Both the position numbers and the translations under genes were made by a program. 64,000 bases of DNA, taken from assembly GCA_964538435.1 (NCBI GenBank), contig CAZIDX010000001.1, positions 393-64,392 of the forward strand. The letters are read 5' to 3'. Source of the stretch: an uncultured Gammaproteobacteria bacterium. GTDB lineage: Bacteria > Patescibacteriota > Patescibacteriia > UBA9934 > GWF2-40-263. A model generated the notes under the pieces. It was not told the DNA's origin. It saw only the letters and a list, made by a program, of their open reading frames with translations, and did not search any database. Of this stretch, positions 30,699 to 39,437 are shown in pieces; the stretch's first letter is position 1, and every line of letters starts with the position of its first letter.

Positions 30699-31106
30699 TC
30701 ATCTCTTGAAAAGGATGATGCAAGCCTTGTGTGTGCCAGTGCCTCGGCAGCACACTAGGAAGTTGTGCTCCTCCTCGTGAGAGTCCGAGGCTGTGACTTC
30801 GTACGCACGCAGGTCACGACACGCACAATCACTGTTCCTGAGGTCATGACCCCAGTCCTTGGTTATGATCGGGGAGAGATACCCCGCGTTCGTCATGGTC
30901 ACGAGTGCATCACCAGCCGTGGGATAGCGATCTTCCGTGCTCAGTCCATGATTGACATTGTCGTTCTTGGGTCTCTCTTGCATCGCAATGAAGTTCGGGA
31001 TCACGATCGCTGCCAGCAGGCCCACGATTGCACACACGACCATCAACTCGATCAGCGTCAAGCCGCTACGGCTCTTGTTCATGATTCCCTCCAGGGTCAG
31101 AAGCAA
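30699..31106 (-). CDS. Type IV pilin-like protein (prepilin peptidase site KSRSG|LTLIELMVV)
   Basis: Canonical G|LTLIELMVV prepilin N-terminus; C-terminal Cys pairs and FLVCC shared with the paralog. Confidence 0.7.
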   Translation of the reverse strand: MLLTLEGIMNKSRSGLTLIELMVVCAIVGLLAAIVIPNFIAMQERPKNDNVNHGLSTEDRYPTAGDALVTMTNAGYLSPIITKDWGHDLRNSDCACRDLRAYEVTASDSHEEEHNFLVCCRGTGTHKACIILFKR

Positions 31107-31112
31107 GAGACA

Positions 31113-31141
31113 ATAATAGTCAAAAAACCATCATTTGTCAA
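31113..31141 (-). promoter_or_regulatory. Consensus sigma70 promoter TTGACA-N17-TATTAT driving the pilin cluster
   Basis: Minus-strand reading: ggTTGACAaatgatggttttttgacTATTATtgtc. Confidence 0.65.
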
Positions 31142-31218
31142 CCAGGGGATACCATATAAGTGCCGATCGGACCTTATATGGTATCCCCAAAGAGTATTCA
31201 GCCCAATTAGAAAACCCG
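31116..31218. repeat. 103-bp direct repeat, copy 1 (promoter + 44-bp palindrome + CAATTAGAAAACCC)
   Basis: Near-identical to 33663-33765; contains the palindrome 31145-31188 (GGGGATACCATATAAG-TGCCGATCGGAC-CTTATATGGTATCCCC). Confidence 0.8.
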
Positions 31219-31300
31219 TCTACACTCAACTGAGTATTGACGGGTCGTGACCGTTAATGCACTTCAGACACCGGACCAGCTGGTCCGCAGCTCAAGTACT

Positions 31301-31585
31301 CTAACGCTCTTGTCGTTCGTCCAGGAGCTGTTGCTGCTCCTTCATGCGGTCGTTGAGCTCCTCGAGCTCTTCGAGCACAGCCGGTCCGTTGGCGAACCAG
31401 CGCACGAGCTGCAGGCGCATCTCCGTGCTGCAGTGGCGCAGCAGGTACTCGGCAACAGCCATGGCGATGCCGCGCTTGATCAGCTCGCGGAAGATCAGCA
31501 GGACCGCGATGATGCCGATCAGGCTGATGACCTCGCTGAGGATGCTGATGATCTGAGCGGTTCCGATGAGTCCTTCTTCCATCAC
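31301..31585 (-). CDS. Small membrane protein (94 aa) downstream of the SPFH gene
   Basis: Hydrophobic core IISILSEVISLIGIIAVLLIF; a rho-independent terminator follows on the minus strand at 31206-31247. Confidence 0.45.
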   Translation of the reverse strand: MMEEGLIGTAQIISILSEVISLIGIIAVLLIFRELIKRGIAMAVAEYLLRHCSTEMRLQLVRWFANGPAVLEELEELNDRMKEQQQLLDERQER

Positions 31586-32805
31586 CGACCTCCTTCTTCG
31601 ATGCTCATGTCCAGACCCAGGTCACGGGCGGTCTGCACCGTGAGGAGCTGGATCATGTCCGTGGCCGCGGAGCCAGACACGGTGGGGTCACCACCCATCA
31701 TGACTTCCGGCACCCAGCGCTGCTTGCCGATCTCGGCAGCGTACAGACCGTTGACCTGGACCCACGCTGCGAGCTTCTGCTCGAGCGCGCCGTCGGCCTT
31801 CATGGTCAGACGCTTGCGCTCGGCATCGCCTTCACCGCGCAAGATCTGCTCGGCCTTGTAGAACTCGGCTGCTTCCATCTCGAGCTGCGCGACTTCCTTC
31901 TTCTGCTCGGCCTCGGTGACAGCCTTGGCCTTGAGGACCTCCTGCTGCCACTTGGCACGGGCGGCCTCGGCCTCACCTTGCTTGGCTACGGTCTTGGCCT
32001 GCTGGTCGGCCTTGAGCGCATCCGCGATCGCGGACTGGACTTCCATGGTCGCGTCCTGCTGACGCTGGATCTGCTCCTCGACCTTGGGGTCGTAGTCGAT
32101 GCTGTTGACCGTGAAGTTGAAGGCGCGGATCTGGAACTCGGTCAAGGGAGAGTCTTCCTGGCGCATGTAGCCGCCACTCTCGTTCTCCACGAGTTCCACG
32201 AGGTTGATCACTCGTTCTTCTCCGGTGAGCGAATCCGTCTCCTTCACGCTTCGCGTGCGGGTGCGGTACACACCGTTGCTGACCTGATCACCGACGATCT
32301 GGATCAGCTCGGTGCGTCGGTCCGCGTAGCTCTCCTTGGAGCTCATGAGCGGGCCAGACATGAAGACCGCCTTGTTCACCACCTGTCCGAGCAGGTCTCG
32401 CTCGATCGCGTGCTGCGAACCGTACTTGGTGTGCAGCTTGCGCAGAGCTTCCTCGTTGAGCGGAAGCTCGAAGCGGAGCGAACCTGAGATAGTGGCAGTA
32501 CCACCATCGTTGAAGCGAACAGGGATCGACTGATCCGTGCCGTCGCCAGTCTCAGGGTCCTTGGTGAACCAGTACTGCGAGGACTTCAGGTAGGTCTCGG
32601 TGCCACCCCAACGGGTGAAGTAGAGACCAGGCTCGGTCCAGAAGTGCAGCTCGCCATCGAACGGGTCCTGTTCGATCACGATCTCGTCTGCACCGACGCG
32701 TTCCCACGCCGTGAAGATCGAGATGGTGCCTCCCAGGATCGCCAGTGCGGTGAGGATTCCCACCACAGCCTTGACGACGGAGCCAATCGGGTTTCTGCGT
32801 GCCAT
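31582..32805 (-). CDS. SPFH/band-7 (flotillin/YqiK-like) membrane protein
   Basis: N-terminal TM helix, SPFH core, long Ala/Glu/Lys-rich coiled-coil (flotillin-like) tail; GC-rich codon usage. Confidence 0.75.
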   Translation of the reverse strand: MARRNPIGSVVKAVVGILTALAILGGTISIFTAWERVGADEIVIEQDPFDGELHFWTEPGLYFTRWGGTETYLKSSQYWFTKDPETGDGTDQSIPVRFNDGGTATISGSLRFELPLNEEALRKLHTKYGSQHAIERDLLGQVVNKAVFMSGPLMSSKESYADRRTELIQIVGDQVSNGVYRTRTRSVKETDSLTGEERVINLVELVENESGGYMRQEDSPLTEFQIRAFNFTVNSIDYDPKVEEQIQRQQDATMEVQSAIADALKADQQAKTVAKQGEAEAARAKWQQEVLKAKAVTEAEQKKEVAQLEMEAAEFYKAEQILRGEGDAERKRLTMKADGALEQKLAAWVQVNGLYAAEIGKQRWVPEVMMGGDPTVSGSAATDMIQLLTVQTARDLGLDMSIEEGGR

Positions 32806-32826
32806 CCTTTCTCCCTATGGAAAGGG

Positions 32827-33171
32827 TTAGTGGTCTGTTGACCGGGGTTGCTGCTTGCGGGAACGACTCCCACGAGCAGAAGTTCCAGGAACCCTGCTGC
32901 GCGCACGGTGCGCACGAGCCTGTTCCTGATGGATGTCATCGAGGAGTTCCTCGATCTCGGCTTCCAAGCGCGCGACCTCAGCTTCAGTATGAGCATCAGC
33001 CAGGTCCAGCCTCATCTGCTCGAGACGTTCCTGCGGGGTCAGGGGCTTGGCAGCCCTACGTCGAAGGATCGGAAAGATCCGTTCGTTCCGAAACACGGGG
33101 AGCGTGATCTGTGTCACGACCCCCACCACGAGTAGAACAAATGCCGCGAAAAGCAGGAATTTGATCAGCAT
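32827..33171 (-). CDS. Membrane-anchored coiled-coil protein (109 aa), first gene of the SPFH module
   Basis: RBS GGAGG before ATG 33171; MLIKFLLFAAFVLLVVGVV TM helix followed by a charged helical tail. Confidence 0.5.
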   Translation of the reverse strand: MLIKFLLFAAFVLLVVGVVTQITLPVFRNERIFPILRRRAAKPLTPQERLEQMRLDLADAHTEAEVARLEAEIEELLDDIHQEQARAHRARSRVPGTSARGSRSRKQQPRSTDH

Positions 33172-33344
33172 CGTAGCCTCCTGGGCGAGGGGACACAACC
33201 GAAAAACCTGAGGTTCTGAAGGTTTTCGGAAGTGTCGAACTTAGTACTTTAAAAGAAGTTTGTCAAGCCAATTTGACGACCCGCAATCATTGGGGGTAGA
33301 GTTCAATTAGTTAAGAGGGAAGTCATTTCATAGAAAGGTAGGTT

Positions 33345-33574
33345 ATGACTGACCAGAAGGAGTACCTTTCAGTTTCTGAGTTTCAAGCTAGAATAAAAAC
33401 CTACATCGATGAAAGGGGGGGCTAAGCGTAGAACAGGTCGCTGACATTTGCCGAGTTCATGTAGGAACTGCAAACAGGTGGTACAGGGGCGTGACAGCAC
33501 CCATGCCACTATCCAGGGCAATCGCCGTGGACCACGTTGAACATTACCTGGAGAGACGAACTTCTGTCGGCTGA
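33345..33574 (+). pseudogene. XRE-family HTH transcriptional regulator interrupted by a frameshift in a G7 homopolymer (33415-33421)
   Basis: RBS AAAGGTAGG; frame 1 gives MTDQKEYLSVSEFQARIKTYIDERGG-stop; the +1 frame continues LSVEQVADICRVHVGTANRWYRGVTAPMPLSRAIAV... (HTH). An eighth G would restore a protein of about 77 aa. Confidence 0.5.
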
Positions 33575-33662
33575 CAGAAGTTACAAATCGGCTTTGCAAC
33601 AAGTCGGTTTTCTTTTTGAAAAGCCAAATAGAAAACCGGTCGTCAGAAGCAAGTGGTGGGGA

Positions 33663-33765
33663 ATAGTCAAAAAACCATCATTTGTCAACCAAGGGATACC
33701 ATATAAGGGCCGATCGGACCTTATATGGTATCCCCAAAGAGTATTCAGCCCAATTAGAAAACCCG
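33663..33765. repeat. 103-bp direct repeat, copy 2 (promoter-like TTGACA + palindrome 33693-33735 + CAATTAGAAAACCC)
   Basis: Same orientation as copy 1; the two copies bracket the SPFH module and the HTH pseudogene. Confidence 0.8.
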
Positions 33766-33798
33766 CTAATCTGTTGTAAGACTGCGGGTTCGAGGTGA

Positions 33799-33978
33799 CT
33801 ACGGAGCGTGGAGTTCGTAGTCTTCGGAAAGAGAGGTGGTTTGCTCAGGGGCAGGGCGTTCACCAAGCACCACAGTGATTGCGAGATAAGCCTCGGTCAG
33901 AAGCCATGCTGCAAGAGCGATTCCGATTGCGCTGAGCAGGAGCTCGAGCGCACTCATACGTCGAGATCCGTAACTCAT
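33799..33978 (-). CDS. Small membrane protein (59 aa)
   Basis: RBS GGAGGA before ATG 33978; a minus-strand terminator hairpin (CCCGC...GCGGG + TTTTCT) lies at 33758-33790. Confidence 0.4.
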   Translation of the reverse strand: MSYGSRRMSALELLLSAIGIALAAWLLTEAYLAITVVLGERPAPEQTTSLSEDYELHAP

Positions 33979-34025
33979 AGAATCCTCCATGTGGGACCCT
34001 ATTATCGACAACAAAATGAGTGCTG

Positions 34026-34769
34026 TCAAACCCTCATCGAGATATGTGAGCTCGAATCCAGGTTGAGTCGAATGATCTCCCGTACGATGGGTTCAACTTC
34101 AGGGAGCACATGGAACCCCTTGGGAGGAAATCTGCCACCGCGCTCAGTCGTGATGATCGGCTCGATCCGACGCAGGAACGCTCTGTGCTCAGGTGTACAC
34201 AGAATCTCGTTGCCAAGCGGATCAGCCAGAATACCCTTACGAGGCACAAAATGTTCGCTACGCTCGGTGTCCCAAAACAAGATGTCCCAGTGAATCCCAT
34301 CCACCATCACCTTGGGAGCAATGCCCGCAAACTTCATGCCAGCAAAGCGCGCCAGGAACGAAGCCTTGGAGTGTCCTTGGGTGGCCTCAGTGAACGCTTG
34401 GATGCCAGCAGCGCGCAGGAAGTTCATGCGAGCCATGACCAGAGCCTTGATCCCACCCGTGAATCTGCGATCAGGATCCGACATCAGGCGCCCCAGCTCC
34501 CACAGACCGCTCTCAAGCTGGATCAGAGCCACATGCGCACAGATGCGCAACCGCTCGTCCACGATCACCCACGAGAAGATCGTGTTCTCGATCCAGCCAG
34601 TGAGGATCTCAGTCCTCCAGGTCTCCACTTTGTTGAGAGTAGAGTGGGGGAACATGGTCTGCCCAGTCTTGTGATTCGTCCAGACCTTCTGGGTCAAGCC
34701 AGCCAGTTGAGTATCCCAATTCGGGATCAGTGCAGGGATGCGATCCGACATGATGATCTGAAAGTTCAT
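34026..34769 (-). CDS. Hypothetical protein
   Basis: 247-aa ORF; no motif recognised. Confidence 0.45.
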   Translation of the reverse strand: MNFQIIMSDRIPALIPNWDTQLAGLTQKVWTNHKTGQTMFPHSTLNKVETWRTEILTGWIENTIFSWVIVDERLRICAHVALIQLESGLWELGRLMSDPDRRFTGGIKALVMARMNFLRAAGIQAFTEATQGHSKASFLARFAGMKFAGIAPKVMVDGIHWDILFWDTERSEHFVPRKGILADPLGNEILCTPEHRAFLRRIEPIITTERGGRFPPKGFHVLPEVEPIVREIIRLNLDSSSHISMRV

Positions 34770-35092
34770 TTTTCACTCCATCAGATTATTGACATTCAGG
34801 ACAGTGTGCTATCTGGGTGCGTGGGGAAAACGACGCCGGAGGTGTGCAAGGCGCACATCGACAAGTCGTTGGGGCCCCACAAGCCCAGAGAGTGCCTGTG
34901 CGGGATGTCAAACAAAACAACCGGCTTCCGCCGGCGTTTGCTCTTGGGTTGGTTTACAAGATGAACCTAACTCAAACTACGCACAGCGGAATGCAGTGCG
35001 TAATAATATGAGTTGTGAAGTTGATTCATCATGTATCCCCATACTGTCATGGAATGAACGAGTCGTCAATGCTATACTAAAAACAACTTTCT

Positions 35093-36760
35093 ATGTTGGA
35101 GGAACTGTTTTTTGAAATAGGAATCGTCCTCATCATCGCGGCAGCAATCTCGATGCTGGTTTATCGTTTCAAACAGCCCATCATCATTGCCTACATTCTT
35201 ACAGGTGTGATTGTTGGTCCAGGACTTCTTGCGCTCACACATAATCATTCAGTTTTTGACGTCATGTCCGAGATCGGAGTGGCGTTTTTGTTGTTTACCG
35301 TAGGTCTTGGTCTGGACTGGCGCAATGCAAAAGATGTCGGAGGTATCGCTGCGGTTACTGGTGTTGGACAAGTATTGTTCTCAGGTGGGATAGGTTGGGT
35401 TGTTGGTATTGCCCTTGGTCTGGATCCAATCACCAGCCTCTACCTTGCTATTGCGTTTGCCTTCTCCAGCACAATTGTGATTGTAAAGCTCCTCATGGAT
35501 AAAGAGGACCTGGATTCACTCTACGGCCGTATCAGTGTTGGTTTCCTCCTGGTTCAAGACTTTATTGCCATGATCATCTTGCTCGGCCTCGGTGCCTTTA
35601 CTGGCGGAGCTTCACTTGAGCAAGTTGTTGTACTCACGCTTCTTAAAGCATTTATACTGATTCCGGTTCTTTGGGTCATCTCTGTAAAAGTGGTTCCGCA
35701 AGTGCTCTCCTACGTTGCAAAATCCCAAGAGCTCCTATTCATCTTCTCAATCGCCTGGTGCTTCCTCATTGCAGGCCTGCTTGTTCTCCTAGGATTCGGA
35801 ATGGAACTCGGTGCGCTCATTGCAGGTATCACGCTCTCAAGTACAGTCTACTACCGCGAAATTAACGCGCGCATCCGTCCGCTCCGCGATTTCTTCCTCA
35901 TCATGTTCTTTATCGTTCTAGGAACACGGCTGGGAATCGATTCCATTACCTCACTGCTCTTCCCAACAATTATTTTCAGTATTGTCATTCTTGTTGCAAA
36001 GCCGTTCATTGTCATGGTGATCATGCGTGCACTTGGATATCACCCGCGCACAGGCTTCCTCTCGGGAACATCCATGGCACAGATCTCCGAGTTCTCCTTT
36101 ATTGTAATCGCAGCTGGAATCAGCATCGGACATCTTGATGAGTCTGTGCTTGCGCTAGCAACAGCCATCGGAATCGTAACCATTGCCGTAAGCTCATTCT
36201 TAATCGAGCACAACGAACTCTTTTACGAGAAAATCAAATGGGCCATGCGTCCGCTTGAGCCAAAGAAAACACTTGATATCGAGCAGCTTCAGAATCACAA
36301 GCCAACAGACGTACTCATGATTGGTTACCATCGCTCAGGAGCCATGCTCCTACCAACCATTCAAGGTCTGCGCCGCTCATATACAATTGTTGACTTTGAC
36401 CCAATGGTGATCCGTTCGCTTGCAGAAGAGGGACTCCCAGCGATTTATGGCGATGCCGGTGATGAGAACTTTTTGGAGGAAGTAAAAGCTGACCGCGCAC
36501 GTCTGATTGTGTCTACAGTGCCAGATGTTGTTATAAGTACCGCACTTCTCACATATCTCAAATCAAGAAATTACAAAGGAGTAGTTGTTGTGTCTGTTCA
36601 TAAGCGCAGTGATGCAGAAACATGTTACAACCTGGGTGCAACATACGTCATTGTTCCAAGCGTGCTCAGCGGAACAAAGTTCTCAGAAATTCTGTCTGAG
36701 AAAAAGACAGCAAAAAGATCCTGGAGCGCACTTCAAAAAACTATCCTCAGCAGCAAGTAA
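35093..36760 (+). CDS. Monovalent cation:proton antiporter (CPA2/Kef-type) with a C-terminal TrkA-N (RCK) domain
   Basis: Kef-like N-terminus and about 12 TM helices; C-terminal Rossmann-type VLMIGYHRSG motif. Confidence 0.8.
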   Translation: MLEELFFEIGIVLIIAAAISMLVYRFKQPIIIAYILTGVIVGPGLLALTHNHSVFDVMSEIGVAFLLFTVGLGLDWRNAKDVGGIAAVTGVGQVLFSGGIGWVVGIALGLDPITSLYLAIAFAFSSTIVIVKLLMDKEDLDSLYGRISVGFLLVQDFIAMIILLGLGAFTGGASLEQVVVLTLLKAFILIPVLWVISVKVVPQVLSYVAKSQELLFIFSIAWCFLIAGLLVLLGFGMELGALIAGITLSSTVYYREINARIRPLRDFFLIMFFIVLGTRLGIDSITSLLFPTIIFSIVILVAKPFIVMVIMRALGYHPRTGFLSGTSMAQISEFSFIVIAAGISIGHLDESVLALATAIGIVTIAVSSFLIEHNELFYEKIKWAMRPLEPKKTLDIEQLQNHKPTDVLMIGYHRSGAMLLPTIQGLRRSYTIVDFDPMVIRSLAEEGLPAIYGDAGDENFLEEVKADRARLIVSTVPDVVISTALLTYLKSRNYKGVVVVSVHKRSDAETCYNLGATYVIVPSVLSGTKFSEILSEKKTAKRSWSALQKTILSSK

Positions 36761-36802
36761 AAATCCTGTCACAGTGGCAGGATTTTTTGATATACTAGTT
36801 TT

Positions 36803-38155
36803 ATGAGACAACACTCAACGGCACGAAAATTTGATAGATCAAGCAGAGCGCCAGATCGCCCTGCTCTTGAGGCTGTACGAAACAACGAGAAACGGGAGAA
36901 CATGAATGTGGGTCATGAGCCAATTGCTGCAAGAAAAGAGCTGGGTTCTGAAAAGCGATTGCCTTTACAGACCAGCAAGCTCAATTGTCCTCGCGAAGGT
37001 ATCTTCATGGTCGCGCAAAGCGAGGATGAGCAAATGGGAGCAATCTCGGCCAGGATCGCTGAAGGAGTTTTTGGAAGCATGCTAGGTAAAAGCTTGGACA
37101 ACGAGATTCAGAATCTGAGCCAGACAGATCAGTCGCAAGACCATCAAGTCCATCTTGTTGATACACATGTAAGGACCAGGCTCAAAGAAGCATTCCTGCG
37201 AGTAAGAGACGAGCTTGATAAGCAGGTGTCGTTTATCGACGGGCTCGAAAGGATGTCTGTAAAAACCACTGCAGCAAAAATGGTCGACCTTCCTGGTGGA
37301 CAAAAAAGAATGTATATAGGTCATGTGGGTGATGCGCGTGCATATCTCGTGCGCGGTGATTCCATCTACCAACTCACAAAAGATCAAACTGGACTCAGGC
37401 AACAGGTTGAGTCAGGATTTCTCACAGAAGATGAGTACGAGCAGATTGATCAGGCTGTAGATCCCTCTGGATTAGACAGGGTGAAGCAGCAAATGTTTGG
37501 TATGCGAGATCAAGCTATCTCCATCACTTCAGGTGCAGAGCATCCTGAGCAAATTATTGCCTATGACGTACATCCCGGTGACAAGATCTTGATTACAAAT
37601 GATGGTCTTCATAAAAATACTCTGCAATCCGAGATAGAAGCGGTTTTTCAGGAAGATGTATTTGATGACGCTGGAGCGGAAAAAGAATTACAACAGATGG
37701 GCGACAACCAAACAGGCACCGCACATCCTCGAGGTCGCTCAGAAGCAAAACCCATTGCAGCAGTCGTGTACTCAGTGCCAGAAGGCAGACGCGAAAAAGC
37801 TGTTCAGCAAGAGGTTGTTTCCGTGCATGAGTTAAAACAAAAAATTCGCATGCATGAACTTGAGGTGCGCAACTACCACATGTTGCGACGCGAAATCGAG
37901 GCGCAGCTAGAAGCCTCAAACGTCCCTGCGCTGAGGCGAGAGGTTCTCGAAAAACAACTTCTCGAAGCACGTCGTCACGAAGCGCTTCACAAGCTCAGAT
38001 GCAGCCAAATGAAACTTGCTTACTTTGATGCTCAGATCCCAACAGACAAACTCAATGACATTGCCGCTGAAGAGCGAAAGCGGCTTGTTCAAACACATGA
38101 GGCTGATCAGATGCGCCTGACAAGAGCAGAAGAGCAGATAGGTATCGAAAAATAG
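36803..38155 (+). CDS. PP2C-like serine/threonine phosphatase-related protein (degenerate) with a C-terminal coiled coil
   Basis: IGHVGDARAYLVRGDSIYQLTKDQT and DKILITNDGL match PP2C motifs, but the N-terminal metal-binding DGxGG motif is not evident. Start uncertain. Confidence 0.45.
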   Translation: MRQHSTARKFDRSSRAPDRPALEAVRNNEKRENMNVGHEPIAARKELGSEKRLPLQTSKLNCPREGIFMVAQSEDEQMGAISARIAEGVFGSMLGKSLDNEIQNLSQTDQSQDHQVHLVDTHVRTRLKEAFLRVRDELDKQVSFIDGLERMSVKTTAAKMVDLPGGQKRMYIGHVGDARAYLVRGDSIYQLTKDQTGLRQQVESGFLTEDEYEQIDQAVDPSGLDRVKQQMFGMRDQAISITSGAEHPEQIIAYDVHPGDKILITNDGLHKNTLQSEIEAVFQEDVFDDAGAEKELQQMGDNQTGTAHPRGRSEAKPIAAVVYSVPEGRREKAVQQEVVSVHELKQKIRMHELEVRNYHMLRREIEAQLEASNVPALRREVLEKQLLEARRHEALHKLRCSQMKLAYFDAQIPTDKLNDIAAEERKRLVQTHEADQMRLTRAEEQIGIEK

Positions 38156-38181
38156 GGAAAACAACGTATTGACAGAAATAA

Positions 38182-38208
38182 TTAGCACTCTATAATAGGG
38201 AGTGCTAA
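38182..38208 (+). promoter_or_regulatory. CIRCE operator (TTAGCACTC-N9-GAGTGCTAA) overlapping the TTGACA/TATAAT promoter of hrcA
   Basis: Perfect match to the CIRCE consensus; the -10 TATAAT lies in the spacer; -35 TTGACA at about 38169. Confidence 0.85.
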
Positions 38209-38217
38209 TTTGTTTAT

Positions 38218-38919
38218 ATGCTTAGCGCAAGAACTGAACTCATTTTAAAGCTCGTAATCGAGGATTACATCAAGACGGCCGAGCCGGTTGGTTCAAAGTA
38301 CTTGGGCGATAGCTACAACATCGGCTGCTCACCAGCCACCATCCGCAATGAAATGGCTTGGCTTGAAAAGGAAGGCTACCTACGGGCGCCGCACACATCA
38401 GCAGGGCGCGAGCCAACAGAGAAGGCCTACGAGTACTACCTCAAGCATCTACGCGACAAACAGTTTGTACTCAAAGGAAAGCCGCTCGCAAACGTTCCGC
38501 AAAAAAACGACGATCGGAAAACCTCTATCAAGAACGTGGCGCGTAGACTCTCAGAAGTTTCAGGAGAGACAGCCATCATCGCCTTTGACCAGCGCTGGAG
38601 CTACTACGTCGGAGTCTCAAATCTTTTTCAAAAACCGGACTTCAGAGAACTTGCGCACATGCATGCACTCTCAGAAACCATCGACCAGTTCGACGAAGTC
38701 ATTCGCAAAATCTATAACACGATCCCAGACGAGCCACAAATCCTCATCGGATCAAGCAATCCGTTCGGAAGCCAAATGGCCGCGATCGTAACCAAATACG
38801 AACTAACCGACCAAGAGCACGGGATCGTAGGAATCGTAGGCCCACTTAGAATGGACTATGAACGCAACCTCGCACTCGTAACGCGAGCAAAAGATCTCAT
38901 TAGCGAACTCTATGCCTAA
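38218..38919 (+). CDS. hrcA: Heat-inducible transcription repressor HrcA (short form)
   Basis: N-terminal winged-helix region with GSKYL...SPATIRNEMAWLE..GYL..PHTSAGR; operon position before grpE-dnaK. Confidence 0.7.
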   Translation: MLSARTELILKLVIEDYIKTAEPVGSKYLGDSYNIGCSPATIRNEMAWLEKEGYLRAPHTSAGREPTEKAYEYYLKHLRDKQFVLKGKPLANVPQKNDDRKTSIKNVARRLSEVSGETAIIAFDQRWSYYVGVSNLFQKPDFRELAHMHALSETIDQFDEVIRKIYNTIPDEPQILIGSSNPFGSQMAAIVTKYELTDQEHGIVGIVGPLRMDYERNLALVTRAKDLISELYA

Positions 38920-39424
38920 AGAAAAAAAACCAAAAGAAAAAAAAGAGAAAAAGAAAAAACAGCAAGCTCAAGAATGTGAAAAGTGCAAAGAGCACTTAGA
39001 CGGCTGGAAACGAGCAATGGCTGACTACGATAATCTCAAAAAGGACCTCATTAAAGAACGTGAGCAGATCAGAAAGCATGTCAAAGAAGACATGGCACAC
39101 GAAATCATCACTGTGCTAGATAATTTTGACCAAGCTGTAAAGTTTGTTCCAGAGAATCTCGAGCCAGAAGTCAAAAATTGGATCGCAGGCATCACGCATG
39201 TGCGCGGCCAGCTCGAGAGCGTGCTTACAACGCAAGGTATCGAGCCCTCAGGTGAGGTCGGAGAAATATTTGACCCCAACCTGCACGAAGCAATCGGCGA
39301 GCGAACAGAAGACGATAAGCTCGACCAAGAAATTTTAGAGATTCAATTGCGCGGATGGAAACTAGGAGAAAAAATCATCCGTCCAGCAAAAACAATAATC
39401 AATCAATTAACAACTACTGAATAA
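38912..39424 (+). CDS. grpE: Nucleotide exchange factor GrpE
   Basis: Lys-rich N-terminus and the GrpE C-terminal motif ...[13 protein letters not shown]. Confidence 0.8.
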   Translation: MPKEKKPKEKKEKKKKQQAQECEKCKEHLDGWKRAMADYDNLKKDLIKEREQIRKHVKEDMAHEIITVLDNFDQAVKFVPENLEPEVKNWIAGITHVRGQLESVLTTQGIEPSGEVGEIFDPNLHEAIGERTEDDKLDQEILEIQLRGWKLGEKIIRPAKTIINQLTTTE

Positions 39425-39437
39425 CGTTAAACAAGCT

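Noticed and set aside
33537-33779. ORF-track ORFs 33537-33779(+) and 30765-31250(+), which both end with ...KKPSFVNQGIPYK.RSDLIWYPQRVFSPIRKP
   Set aside because: The shared C-terminal peptide is just the translation of the 103-bp direct repeat, comprising promoter and palindrome, so it is not coding.
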